In this document: piece after piece, positions 28,224 through 37,493 of the stretch
Layout: every line of letters begins with the position of its first letter
Position numbering within the stretch: the stretch's first letter is position 1
Assembly: GCA_035519565.1 (NCBI GenBank)
Contig: DATIWD010000026.1
Span: 1,074-65,073 of the forward strand
Source of the DNA: Gemmatimonadales bacterium
Lineage (GTDB): Bacteria > Gemmatimonadota > Gemmatimonadetes > Gemmatimonadales > GWC2-71-9
Direction: 5' to 3'
Length of the DNA: 64,000 nt
Notes under the pieces: model-generated
What the model saw: only the letters and a program-made list of their open reading frames with translations
The model's database searches: none
Told to the model about the DNA's origin: nothing
Program-made: the position numbers and the translations under genes

Positions 28224-29536
28224 CCGCTCGAGCGGTGGCCTCGGACCCGACACCGGCGCGCCGGGCCGCCTGGCAAATCCTCGAGCGAGTTCGACGGGGA
28301 GCCACCTTCGAGGCAGCCCTGGACCAGGTCCTGGGCTCCCTGGAAGCGCGAGACCGCCGGCTGGCCCACGAACTGGCCGCCGGGGTGCTCCGACGCCAAC
28401 GCGAGCTCGACGGTCGGCTCGAGCCGCTGATTCCGAACGGGCTCAAGTCGGTGAAGCGCGAAACCCTCCAGATTCTCCGGCTGGGAGCCTACCAGCTTAC
28501 CGCACTCGACCGAGTACCCGCGCACGCGGCGGTCAGCACCAGCGTCGACCTGGCCCGCGAGGTGTCGGGAAAGAACGCGGCCAGGTTCGTCAACGCGGTT
28601 CTGCGGCGATTGCACGGCGGCGGCGCTCCGGCGCCGGCGCCCCCGTCCGATCCGATCGCCGCGCTGGCTCACCGGTATTCTCATCCCACCTGGTTGGTCA
28701 CGCGCTGGGCCGGACGATACGGCATGGTGGGAACCACCCGGCTGCTGGAGTGGAACAACCAGGTTCCACCGCTGGTGCTCCAGGCGGCGCGTGAGGACCT
28801 GGTCCACGTGCGGCAGCGGCTGACTGCTCGTGGGATCTCCGCAGATCCAGCACCCTTCGAGGCCGGCCTGATCGCCGGGCATGCCCGACCGGGCGAGCTG
28901 CCCGGATATGACGAGGGCGCCTTTCAGGTCCAGGACGCTGCGCAGGCTTTGGTGCTTCGTTACGCGGCCCTTCCCGTCGACGCGGTGGTCTACGATGCCT
29001 GTGCCGCTCCGGGCGGAAAGGCGATCGGGTTGGGGAGAATGGTGAAGATGGTGGTGGCCGCCGACCGAAACCGGACCCGGATCAAACGGATGACCCGGAA
29101 CTTCCGCCGGGCCGGGTCCGGACACGAGTATCCGATCGCAGCCGACGCGGCCTCGCCGCCACTCCGCCAGGTGGACGCGGTGCTGCTCGACGCCCCCTGC
29201 CTTGCCACCGGGACCCTGGCTCGCCACCCCGAGGCACGGTGGCGGATCCGGCCCTCCGCCCTCGCTACTCTGGCCCGGAGCCAGGCGCTGCTGCTCGACC
29301 GACTCGCGCCGGTAGTTCGCCCGGGTGGCCTGCTCATCTACGCCACCTGCTCCCTGGAACCGGAGGAGAACGAGGAGCAGACGGAACGCTTCCTCAACAC
29401 CCATCCCGACTTTCACCGGGAACCGGGTGAGGCGGTGCCGGCGGAGTTGCTTTCCCCAGCAGGCGATCTGGTTATTCTCCCTCAGCGCCACGGCATGGAT
29501 GGCGCCTATGCCACCCGCCTCAGGAGAGCGGCCTGA
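28220..29536 (+). CDS. rsmB: 16S rRNA (cytosine-C5)-methyltransferase RsmB/Sun
   Basis: NusB-like N-terminus (FVNAVLRR) and SAM methyltransferase core (DACAAPGGK, DAPCLATGT, YATCSLEPEENE). GTG 28220, GTGA overlap with thiG. Confidence 0.9.
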   Translation: MTARAVASDPTPARRAAWQILERVRRGATFEAALDQVLGSLEARDRRLAHELAAGVLRRQRELDGRLEPLIPNGLKSVKRETLQILRLGAYQLTALDRVPAHAAVSTSVDLAREVSGKNAARFVNAVLRRLHGGGAPAPAPPSDPIAALAHRYSHPTWLVTRWAGRYGMVGTTRLLEWNNQVPPLVLQAAREDLVHVRQRLTARGISADPAPFEAGLIAGHARPGELPGYDEGAFQVQDAAQALVLRYAALPVDAVVYDACAAPGGKAIGLGRMVKMVVAADRNRTRIKRMTRNFRRAGSGHEYPIAADAASPPLRQVDAVLLDAPCLATGTLARHPEARWRIRPSALATLARSQALLLDRLAPVVRPGGLLIYATCSLEPEENEEQTERFLNTHPDFHREPGEAVPAELLSPAGDLVILPQRHGMDGAYATRLRRAA

Positions 29537-30301
29537 ATGCGGCCTCGCCGCCACCTTGCTCCCTCGTTCTTTGCGACCATCGCCGGCCGGCGCCTGATCC
29601 GCCAAGCCGGCGTGGTGGCGTTGGCGTTCCTGGCTGGCTACCTGCTGACCGTTTTCTGGCTCTTCCCGGCTCCACTCTTCTCGTCCGACCACGCCGTGCC
29701 CAGAGTCGTGGAGCGCGACATCGCCGACGCCAGGGAGCGGCTGGAGCGCCAGGGCTTCCGCGCCAAGGTGGCCGGCGAGGATGCGGACCCCAAGGCGGCG
29801 CGCGGGGTCGTCCTCTGGCAGGACCCGGCTCCCGGCACCGTGCTCCCCAAAGGCACCGTGATCCAACTCACCACCAGCACCGGTCCGGCGCAGGTCGCTA
29901 TTGCCGATGTGGTGGGCATGGATGAATCCCTGGCCCGCCGCGTCGTCGAGTCCTCCGGGCTCACCATTGGCGGCGTGGACTCGATCCCCGCCAGCGACGA
30001 GCGGGGCGTCGTCATCGCTACTCGGCCCGGGGCCGGCGTCGCGCGGGACGCGGGAACCGCGGTAGTCCTGGTCGTGAGCAGCGGTCCGGCGGAGATCAAC
30101 GTGCCGGATGTGATCGGCCTGACGCAGAAGGCGGCCGCCGAGCGCATCACCCAGGCGGGACTCCGGCCGGGGAGCGTGGTTTCGCGTCCCGTCTCCGGCA
30201 AGCTCCCGGGCACCGTGATCGATCAGCGCCCCGCACCGGGTACCCTGAGTGCGCGCGATGGACGGGTTGACCTCATCCTGGCCAGGAAGCCGACGCAATG
30301 A
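29537..30301 (+). CDS. membrane-anchored protein with three PASTA domains and no kinase or PBP domain
   Basis: Short cytoplasmic N-terminus, one TM (VVALAFLAGYLLTVFWLF), then three repeats of about 65 aa with PASTA-like V(P/A)DV(V/I)G...A...L pattern. Confidence 0.75.
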   Translation: MRPRRHLAPSFFATIAGRRLIRQAGVVALAFLAGYLLTVFWLFPAPLFSSDHAVPRVVERDIADARERLERQGFRAKVAGEDADPKAARGVVLWQDPAPGTVLPKGTVIQLTTSTGPAQVAIADVVGMDESLARRVVESSGLTIGGVDSIPASDERGVVIATRPGAGVARDAGTAVVLVVSSGPAEINVPDVIGLTQKAAAERITQAGLRPGSVVSRPVSGKLPGTVIDQRPAPGTLSARDGRVDLILARKPTQ

Positions 30302-30963
30302 CGCTCCGCATCGCTCCCAGTGTGCTCAGCGCCGATCTCGGCCGGTTGCGGGAACAGGTGGATGCCGCCGTGGCGGGGGGCGCCGAATGGATTCACGTGG
30401 ACGTGATGGACGGGCGGTTCGTGCCTAACCTGACCTTCGGGGCGCCGTTGATTCGGAGCCTGCGCAAGATCACCGACGTCCCGCTCGACGTGCACTTGAT
30501 GGTGATCGAGCCGGAGCGCTACATCGCCGAATACGCCGATGCCGGGGCCAACGTCTTCACCTTCCACCCCGAGGCCACCGTCCACGCCCACCGCCATCTT
30601 CAGGAGATTCGGCACCGGGGCATGCAGGCGGGCCTCGCCCTCAACCCCTCGACGCCACTCTCCGCGGTCGAGGAGATCGTCGGGAATCTCGACCTCCTGC
30701 TCGTCATGGCGGTGAATCCCGGATTCGGGGGGCAGAGTTATCTCCCCGCCTCGACCGACAAGATCCGGCGAGCCCGGGAGCTGCTCGACCGCCGGCGCTC
30801 CCCGGCTGCCCTCGAGGTGGACGGCGGGATCACGCAGGAGACGATCCGCGACGCCTGGAGAGCGGGGGCCGATACCTTCGTCGCGGGAAACGCCGTGTTC
30901 GGCGCCAAGGATCCTGGCGCGGCCGTGCGGGCCCTTCTCAAGCAGTGCACGGAGCAGGTATGA
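30298..30963 (+). CDS. rpe: ribulose-phosphate 3-epimerase
   Basis: IAPSVLSAD, HVDVMDGRFVPN and VNPGFGGQ blocks. Confidence 0.95.
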   Translation: MTLRIAPSVLSADLGRLREQVDAAVAGGAEWIHVDVMDGRFVPNLTFGAPLIRSLRKITDVPLDVHLMVIEPERYIAEYADAGANVFTFHPEATVHAHRHLQEIRHRGMQAGLALNPSTPLSAVEEIVGNLDLLLVMAVNPGFGGQSYLPASTDKIRRARELLDRRRSPAALEVDGGITQETIRDAWRAGADTFVAGNAVFGAKDPGAAVRALLKQCTEQV

Positions 30964-31529
30964 GCGACGAAGCGACCAGGATCCGCCGGCAACTGATGGT
31001 GGTGGCGGCCGTCCTCCTCGGCCTCATCTTCGGCGCGGCCGCGCTGGTGCGCTTCGGACCCGAGGTTCAGGCCGTGGAGGTCGGGGCCAAGGCGCCCGAC
31101 TTCAGGGTCTACGATCTGGCCCAGGGGGACACCGTGTCGATCCGCCAGCGGTATCGCAACACGGTCACCCTGGTGAACATCTGGGCCACCTGGTGCCAGC
31201 CCTGCCGCGTGGAGATGCCCTCGATGCAGCAGCTGTACGATTCGCTGAGCGGCAAGGGATTCAAGATCGCCGCGATCAGCATCGACGAAGGAAGCCCGGA
31301 GAACGTGCGCAAGTTCGTGAAGGAGCTGGGGCTCTCCTTCGACGTCCTTCAGGACCGTTCCACCAGGATCCAGGGCGCCTATCAGACCACCGGCGTGCCC
31401 GAGAGCTTCCTGCTCAACCGCGACGGGGTCATCATCAAGCGGGTGATCGGGGCTCACGACTGGAACTCGGAGGTCAATCGCGCGCTGGTGGAGCGCCTCC
31501 TGGCGGAGCCGGGGAGCGGAACCCAGTGA
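30960..31529 (+). CDS. TlpA/ResA-like thiol:disulfide oxidoreductase
   Basis: Signal-anchor followed by a thioredoxin fold with WATWCQPC. ATGA overlap with rpe. Confidence 0.85.
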   Translation: MSDEATRIRRQLMVVAAVLLGLIFGAAALVRFGPEVQAVEVGAKAPDFRVYDLAQGDTVSIRQRYRNTVTLVNIWATWCQPCRVEMPSMQQLYDSLSGKGFKIAAISIDEGSPENVRKFVKELGLSFDVLQDRSTRIQGAYQTTGVPESFLLNRDGVIIKRVIGAHDWNSEVNRALVERLLAEPGSGTQ

Positions 31530-31531
31530 CG

Positions 31532-32623
31532 ATGCGCTCCGGACCACAAACCATCCTCGCGATCGAAACCTCCTGCGACGAGACCTCCGCCGCGGTGCTG
31601 GTCGAGGAAGGCGGGCGCCCGACCCTCCGTAGCGTGGTGATTCTGTCCCAGGATGTGCACGCCGTCTTCGGCGGCGTGGTGCCGGAGCTGGCGAGTCGGG
31701 CGCACCTGCGCACGCTGGGGTCGGTGGTGGATCGCGCACTGGATCAGGCTGGAGCCAAACTGGAGGAGCTGACCGGAGTCGCGGTGACCGCGGGTCCGGG
31801 TCTGGTCGGGGCGCTGCTGGTCGGGGTGATGTATGGGAAGACGCTGGCCTGGAGCCGGAGTCTCCCGCTGATCGGCGTCCATCACATGGAAGGCCATCTC
31901 TTCGCCCCCACCCTCGAAGACCCGGAGTACCGCCCGCCGTTCGTGGGCCTCCTCGTGAGTGGGGGACACACGATGCTGCTGGACGTCCGCGGATGGGGAG
32001 ACTATCGGCTGCTGGGGCAGACCCGGGACGATGCGGCCGGCGAGGCGTTCGACAAGGTCGCCACGATCCTTGGCCTGGGATATCCCGGCGGACCGGTGAT
32101 CGAACGGCAGGCCGCCCAGGGGCGCCCCGATCGCTTCGATTTCCCGCGCCCGATGCTGCAGGAGCTGGATCGGGTCGGTCCCGCGCAATACGAGTTTTCG
32201 TTCAGCGGGCTCAAGACGGCGGTGCTGCGGGCCGCGAGGTCCTCCCCGAACCTGGAGCAGGATCGGGCCGACCTGGCCCGCGGGTTCCAGGAGGCGGTGC
32301 TCGACGTGCTGGTGGCCAAGACCGCCCATGCGGTCGAGGCATTAGGATACCCGCAGGCCACGATCGGCGGCGGCGTGGCCTGCAACCGGGTTCTCGCGGC
32401 GCGACTCCGGGAACGGCTGGGCTCCTCGGTCCGGGTCGCCATCGCCTCGAATCGGCTGAACACCGACAATGCCGCCATGATCGGGGCCGCCGGCCTCTGG
32501 CGGCTCGGGCGCGGGGAACGAAGCGGCTGGGACCTGGAACCGGCCGCCGACCTCCCGATGCCCGGCCTGGCAAGGGCAGCCCCGAGTCACCCGCACGGAC
32601 GCCATTCGGCCCACGTCACCTGA
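31532..32623 (+). CDS. tsaD: tRNA N6-adenosine threonylcarbamoyltransferase
   Basis: ILAIETSCDETSAAV, GVHHMEGH and GGVACN blocks. ATG 31532. Confidence 0.95.
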   Translation: MRSGPQTILAIETSCDETSAAVLVEEGGRPTLRSVVILSQDVHAVFGGVVPELASRAHLRTLGSVVDRALDQAGAKLEELTGVAVTAGPGLVGALLVGVMYGKTLAWSRSLPLIGVHHMEGHLFAPTLEDPEYRPPFVGLLVSGGHTMLLDVRGWGDYRLLGQTRDDAAGEAFDKVATILGLGYPGGPVIERQAAQGRPDRFDFPRPMLQELDRVGPAQYEFSFSGLKTAVLRAARSSPNLEQDRADLARGFQEAVLDVLVAKTAHAVEALGYPQATIGGGVACNRVLAARLRERLGSSVRVAIASNRLNTDNAAMIGAAGLWRLGRGERSGWDLEPAADLPMPGLARAAPSHPHGRHSAHVT

Positions 32624-32630
32624 ACGATCC

Positions 32631-33512
32631 ATGACCATCTATCCACTCGTCATAAAGCTCGGATTCATCGAGATCACCGGCTACGGGATCATGATGATGG
32701 TGGGATTCCTCACCGGCGGCTGGTTGATCCAGCTCGAGTTGCAGCGCCGGGGCTTGAACGAGGAATACGCCGCCGACATCACCCTGGCCGCGGCCATCGG
32801 CGGCATCCTCGGCGCCAAGCTCTGGTACGCGGCCCTCACCCACGATCTCGGGACGCTCTTCTCGCGGAGCGGCCTGGTCTGGTATGGCGGATTCCTGGGC
32901 GGGAGCGCGGCGGTCCTGCTCAATGGCTGGCGGCGCCGAGTCCCCATGCGGTGGACCATGCAACTAGTCGCCCCCTCCCTGGCTGCGGCGTATGCCCTCG
33001 GCCGGGTGGGGTGCTTCATGGTCAACGACGATTACGGACGCCCAACTTCCGTTCCCTGGGCGATGAAGTTCCCGCAGGGCTCGCCGGCGTCCACCGCTCA
33101 GAACCTGGCGATTCAGTTCGGGATCCCGGTTCCTCCGGGAGTGGACCCGTCCACCGTGATGGCCGTCCATCCCACCCAGCTCTACGAAGTGGCGGCGATG
33201 CTGGTGGCCTTCGCGCTGCTGTGGACCTGGCGCACCCGGACCCACGGGACCGGCTGGTTGTTCGGGGCTTACCTGACGATGGCGGGAGTGGAGCGATTCC
33301 TGGTCGAGATCCTCCGGGCCAAGGACGACCGGTTCTTCGGACCCTTCACGATTGCGCAGGTGACGAGCGTGGGGTTGGTGCTGGTGGGAACTGCTCTGCT
33401 GATCAAGTTCGACCCGGGACCGGAGCTATCTCCAGGACCCTACCTGCTTCCCCCACCGGAGACCCCGGGGAAGAAACAGCGCCCGGTCAACTCCGGGCGC
33501 GCGGGGCCGTAA
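32631..33512 (+). CDS. lgt: prolipoprotein diacylglyceryl transferase
   Basis: Polytopic membrane protein with the Lgt-like blocks GYGIMMMVGFL, GRVGCFMVNDDYGRPT and HPTQLYE. Confidence 0.9.
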   Translation: MTIYPLVIKLGFIEITGYGIMMMVGFLTGGWLIQLELQRRGLNEEYAADITLAAAIGGILGAKLWYAALTHDLGTLFSRSGLVWYGGFLGGSAAVLLNGWRRRVPMRWTMQLVAPSLAAAYALGRVGCFMVNDDYGRPTSVPWAMKFPQGSPASTAQNLAIQFGIPVPPGVDPSTVMAVHPTQLYEVAAMLVAFALLWTWRTRTHGTGWLFGAYLTMAGVERFLVEILRAKDDRFFGPFTIAQVTSVGLVLVGTALLIKFDPGPELSPGPYLLPPPETPGKKQRPVNSGRAGP

Positions 33513-35604
33513 TCCGGCTCTTCAGTCGCTCGATCTCCGCTCTCAATTCGGCCAGATCGGCATCCATCCGTTCCAGCGAACGGAGCAGATCGAGGTCTAC
33601 GTCCACCGGCGCGATGCGCTCAGCGGGTGGCGTGGGCGGCACGCTCGATTCCGGAACCAGGACCGGGGTCACCGGCAGACGACGCGGCTCGATCACGAAG
33701 GTCCAGACCAGCGCGCCGAGCAGGAGCAGCAGCAGAACGCCCTGGAGCGCCAGGGACTCCACGGTCGGATAGATCCCGAGGGCCGGCACCCGCGGCGCCC
33801 ACTCGAGGATGGTGGTGGAGAGGAGCCCTCCCTCCTGCAGCTCCGCCACGCCCTTCCCGGCAAACACGAAGGCCATGTAGTAGAGGAAGCCGCTGGTGAT
33901 CGCGAAGAAGGGACGGAGCGGGATCCGCATCCCGAACCGGTTGATCGCCTGATAGATCGCCACCAGGACCAGGGTCCCGAGCGCGATCCCGCCGACGATG
34001 GGAGCGGTGGCGGAGACCGGTCCCGCGGTCACAAACAGCGCCTTGTAGAACAGCACCGTCTCGAACCCTTCCCGATAGACCGCGAGGAACGCCGCGGAGG
34101 CCAGTGCCAGCGAGGATCCGCTGGTGAGCGCATCCTGCACTTTCCCCCGCACGAACCGGTTCCACTTGGCCACCTCCATCTTCGAGAGCAGCCAGTAGCT
34201 CACATAGAAGAGCATTCCCGTGGCCAGCAGCATGGTGAGCCCTTCGAGGGCCTCACGGCGGGCCGGGGTGACCTGGAAGAGGGTCTCCAGCAACAGGGCG
34301 GTGAGCAGGCTGACTCCGATCGCGGCGACGACGCCGATATGCACGTCGCGCCCGCGATGAGCCGCCCCGGTCTTGAGGAGCACCGCCATCAGCGCCCCGA
34401 TGATCAGGATCGCTTCCAGCCCTTCGCGAAGCAGAATGACGAACGACTGCACGAAGAGACTGGTCCCCGACAGGCGATCGGCCACGACCCGCTCGGCGTT
34501 CTCGAGTCCGGCCCCGAGCCCCGAGCGGAGAACGGTGAGCTCATTCATGGTGGCCCCACCCGCCGCACGGGTGCGGAAGGTGGCGAAGCCCGCTTCGAGG
34601 TCACTGGTGAGGCTCGAGTTCTTCGCCCGCACCATCGGCTCCACCCGCTCGAAGGTCAGATACGCGTCGAAGGCAGTGGTGCTCGCCCCCTGGTAGTCGC
34701 CGGCCCGCGCCCGGTCCATCGCCTGGTCGAGCTGCGTGCGCACCGAGGAGAAGACCCGGGCCACATCGGAGTCGGACGGAGCCGGCGCCTGGAGCGCACG
34801 AACCGCCGCGAGGCGCCCACCCACCTGCGCCGCGGGCGCATCGGGCGAGAGGCCCAGCGCCTCGATCACCTGTCGATCGGACAGGACGGCGGTGGTCGCG
34901 AAGCTCTGGAGTGATGCGGGGACGGTGCCGCTCGCGGCGGGAAGCCTGAGTAACGAGGCGTAGGCGGCCACGGCCCAGCGGTCCTCGGCCGAAAGCGACG
35001 CCTCATAGGCCGGCATCGCGGTACCCGCGACGCCCAGGGTCACCCGCCGGTAGAAGTCGAGGGGAGACCGGTCCCGGAGCGTCAGCGGATCGCTGAGGAC
35101 GGCGGGAGGGGGATTGAGTTTGGCACCCGCCGAACCGTCGCCACGCCCCAGGGCACCATGACAGCCGGCGCAGTCGGCCTGGTAGACCTTCGCTCCCCGG
35201 GCGAGCACAGGCGGCTGACTGGGAATCTCTTCCAGGGGTGCTCCCAACTCGCGCTCGAGCCAGGCATTGAGAGTTTGCACTCGCCGAGCGAGGCTGTCGG
35301 GCGGAGCCTGTTGCTCGACCAATCGCACCATCGAATCGACCGCGGCGCCAGCCACGGGACCGAGCGTGGGACCCAGTACGGTCGCGGTCCTCCGGGCTTC
35401 GGTCAGGAACAGGTTGGCTTCGGCGATCTCCTCCTTCGAGACCACCCGCCCGTTCTCGAAACCGAGCCGGTACTCCTGGGAAGCCACTGAGGTAATGGAC
35501 GCAAGCCGGCGGGCCTGAACCACCTTCTCGTCGGGTCGGGGCGGGGCGGTGGCGCCGACCTGGAGGAGGAGACCCGGAAGCAGAGCCGCAGTGATGAGAA
35601 ACAT
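33487..35604 (-). CDS. cytochrome c domain fused to an FTR1-family iron permease
   Basis: Signal peptide, haem motif CAGCH with a downstream Met (GTAMPAYE). Seven-TM FTR1 core with both REGLE-type motifs (LLREGLEAI, YREGFETVLF). About 80 aa C-terminal tail with a coiled-coil-like segment. ATG 35604 (TTG 35610 also possible). Confidence 0.8.
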   Translation of the reverse strand: MFLITAALLPGLLLQVGATAPPRPDEKVVQARRLASITSVASQEYRLGFENGRVVSKEEIAEANLFLTEARRTATVLGPTLGPVAGAAVDSMVRLVEQQAPPDSLARRVQTLNAWLERELGAPLEEIPSQPPVLARGAKVYQADCAGCHGALGRGDGSAGAKLNPPPAVLSDPLTLRDRSPLDFYRRVTLGVAGTAMPAYEASLSAEDRWAVAAYASLLRLPAASGTVPASLQSFATTAVLSDRQVIEALGLSPDAPAAQVGGRLAAVRALQAPAPSDSDVARVFSSVRTQLDQAMDRARAGDYQGASTTAFDAYLTFERVEPMVRAKNSSLTSDLEAGFATFRTRAAGGATMNELTVLRSGLGAGLENAERVVADRLSGTSLFVQSFVILLREGLEAILIIGALMAVLLKTGAAHRGRDVHIGVVAAIGVSLLTALLLETLFQVTPARREALEGLTMLLATGMLFYVSYWLLSKMEVAKWNRFVRGKVQDALTSGSSLALASAAFLAVYREGFETVLFYKALFVTAGPVSATAPIVGGIALGTLVLVAIYQAINRFGMRIPLRPFFAITSGFLYYMAFVFAGKGVAELQEGGLLSTTILEWAPRVPALGIYPTVESLALQGVLLLLLLGALVWTFVIEPRRLPVTPVLVPESSVPPTPPAERIAPVDVDLDLLRSLERMDADLAELRAEIERLKSRITAPRARS

Positions 35605-35674
35605 TCTCAAATAGTCTTGGTCAGGGCACAGAGAAACTAGACTGCCGCAGTAGGAATGGAAAGGCGGGGCGCAA

Positions 35675-35782
35675 GACGGACAGGGCGGACACGATGGACA
35701 GGGCGGTCAGGCTCGGCTCGCCGCTACCGCCTTACCGCTTTGTCCGTCCTTTCCGACTTGTCCGTCTTGACCGTCTTGTCCG
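35675..35782. repeat. two inverted arrays of 9-bp tandem repeats
   Basis: Plus-strand array 35675-35710: GACGGACAG GGCGGACAC GATGGACAG GGCGGTCAG. Opposite array 35735-35782, read on the minus strand: CGGACAAGA CGGTCAAGA CGGACAAGT CGGAAAGGA CGGACAAAG CGG. AAGACGGACA (35673-82) is the exact reverse complement of TGTCCGTCTT (35759-68). Confidence 0.85.
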
Positions 35783-36193
35783 TTTTACGACCACGGCCAC
35801 CGCTCCTGCCGCGCTCTGTGCGTGCGACAGCGAAAGGTGCACCTCCAGTGGCCCATGCCGCCGCGCCAAGGCCGCCGCGCGGCCGAGGAGGGACATTCCT
35901 GGCCGGCCACCGGGATCCCGGGTGACTTCCAGATCGTGCCAGCTTACCGACGCCGCACCGGGGAGTGCCTGAAGTGCCTTGAAGGCCGCCTCCTTGGCGG
36001 CGATCCGGGCGGCCAGATGAGGAGTGGGCCGAGCCATGCCCCGGACGTAGGCGATCTCGGAATCGGTCAGCAGCTTTTCCATGGCCCGCGCACCGTGGCG
36101 CGCGAGCAGCCGCTCGACGCGCGGGATGTCCACGAGATCGATTCCGATCCCGATGAGGCCGTCGGCGGGGATGCTCAGAAGATCTCCCACCAC
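35732..36193 (-). CDS. acpS: holo-[acyl-carrier-protein] synthase
   Basis: IGIGIDLVDIPRVE N-terminal motif and KEAAFKAL block. GTG start at 36193 or 36190, overlapping the upstream gene. Unusual basic C-terminal tail KRTRRSRRTSRKGRTKR encoded by the 9-bp repeat. Confidence 0.8.
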   Translation of the reverse strand: MVGDLLSIPADGLIGIGIDLVDIPRVERLLARHGARAMEKLLTDSEIAYVRGMARPTPHLAARIAAKEAAFKALQALPGAASVSWHDLEVTRDPGGRPGMSLLGRAAALARRHGPLEVHLSLSHAQSAAGAVAVVVKRTRRSRRTSRKGRTKR

Positions 36194-36903
36194 CAGGTCA
36201 CCAGAGGCCGCAGCCACTCCGGTGCCGGCAGGAATCCGCCGATCACCAGACCGAAATAGATCGCCGTGCCGAACAGCAGCGAGCCCACCACGAGGACCGG
36301 CCACCAGGGGCGGTGCCAGGAACGAATGCGCTCGATTTCGGAGCTCCACCCCGATTGTTCCCGTTTGACGGCTTCTTCCAGCGAGATCCACGCCGCCTCC
36401 AATCGCCGCGCGGCGGTGGTCAGGGCGCGCTCCCATGCTTCGGTGGTGGCGCCCTCGGCGGCGGTCCCCTCCTGTCGGAGCGCGTCGAGCGCGGTCAGCA
36501 GGGGCCCGGCCCCTGCCCCGAGCCGGACCAGGATGGCGCGCGCTTCGGCGGGCGCCACCGCGACGGCGCGTTTCCGACGGCGCGGCATTCTCGCCTCGAT
36601 GGCTGCCGACAGCAGTCTCGCATCGATTCCCCGCACCAGGCTTTCGGCGGAGGAGGCGACGGCTCGATCCCACGCCGCCGACCATCCATCGGCACCCAGT
36701 GCCGTGATCCGCTGCCGGGGGTCCGCCGCCGCGCGGGCCCGGCCGGCCAGCTCGAAGATGTCGGTGACGAGTTGATACCGGATGGCGTCGAGGTCGGCCC
36801 ACGATGAGGAATCGTGCGACGGGGGTGTCGCCAGCCGGCCGAGCGAGGGCCCCAGCTCGGGAACCGAGACGGCGATCGGCTCCACGGTCACCGCAGCCGC
36901 CAC
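36175..36903 (-). CDS. hypothetical protein, helical N-domain with a C-terminal Trp-rich TM hairpin
   Basis: 242 aa with no recognisable motif. C-terminus WWPVLVVGSLLFGTAIYFGLVIGGFLPAPEWLRPLVTWWWEIF. GTG 36903, or GTG 36891 giving a GTGA overlap with the CYTH gene. Confidence 0.55.
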   Translation of the reverse strand: MAAAVTVEPIAVSVPELGPSLGRLATPPSHDSSSWADLDAIRYQLVTDIFELAGRARAAADPRQRITALGADGWSAAWDRAVASSAESLVRGIDARLLSAAIEARMPRRRKRAVAVAPAEARAILVRLGAGAGPLLTALDALRQEGTAAEGATTEAWERALTTAARRLEAAWISLEEAVKREQSGWSSEIERIRSWHRPWWPVLVVGSLLFGTAIYFGLVIGGFLPAPEWLRPLVTWWWEIF

Positions 36904-37493
36904 CCTGGCGCGGCGCCGCGAAGCTCCTGGACCGTCAGGATGGCTCGCTGGCCGGTCCGAGACTCATAGCGGGCGACGAACTCGGGCAGCGACTCAGGCA
37001 GGAAGAGCATGCGCGGCAGTCTCGTTGCCTCCACGGCGGCTTCGATGGCCGGTCCGGTGCCCTCGATCTCCAGCAAGGTATCCATCCGGGGATACCACTC
37101 GAGACGCGCTACCGCCCCCGCGATATTGAAGAACCGGACGAAGCGATCGATGGCCACGATCACCTTGAATCCCAGCGCCTGAAACAGCTCGATCACGGGC
37201 GCCGCGCCGGTCACCTCGAATTCCAGCTCCTGGCGCAGTTTGTAGCCTTCGGCGGAGCGCTGAGTCGGGCCCTTCCATGCCACCAGCGCGCGCGGCGTCG
37301 CGCCGGTTTCCGAAGGGCGCATGAGGCGGACGCGGAGGACCTCGTCGCGCGAGGTCAGCTCTCCATCGCGATCGAACTTGCGGTCTTCCATTAAACCGCT
37401 GAATCCGGCCACCGCACCGGCCTTGAGAAGAGCCTCGATGACCGCGTTGGGATCGTGCACCAGGGCCTTGAGCTCGAGCTCGTCGGCCTTCAT
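36888..37493 (-). CDS. CYTH-domain protein (triphosphate tunnel metalloenzyme / class IV adenylate cyclase-like)
   Basis: N-terminal ExExK signature (MKADELELKAL). About 200 aa with an alternating beta-strand pattern. 4-nt overlap with the HAD gene. Confidence 0.65.
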   Translation of the reverse strand: MKADELELKALVHDPNAVIEALLKAGAVAGFSGLMEDRKFDRDGELTSRDEVLRVRLMRPSETGATPRALVAWKGPTQRSAEGYKLRQELEFEVTGAAPVIELFQALGFKVIVAIDRFVRFFNIAGAVARLEWYPRMDTLLEIEGTGPAIEAAVEATRLPRMLFLPESLPEFVARYESRTGQRAILTVQELRGAAPGWRLR

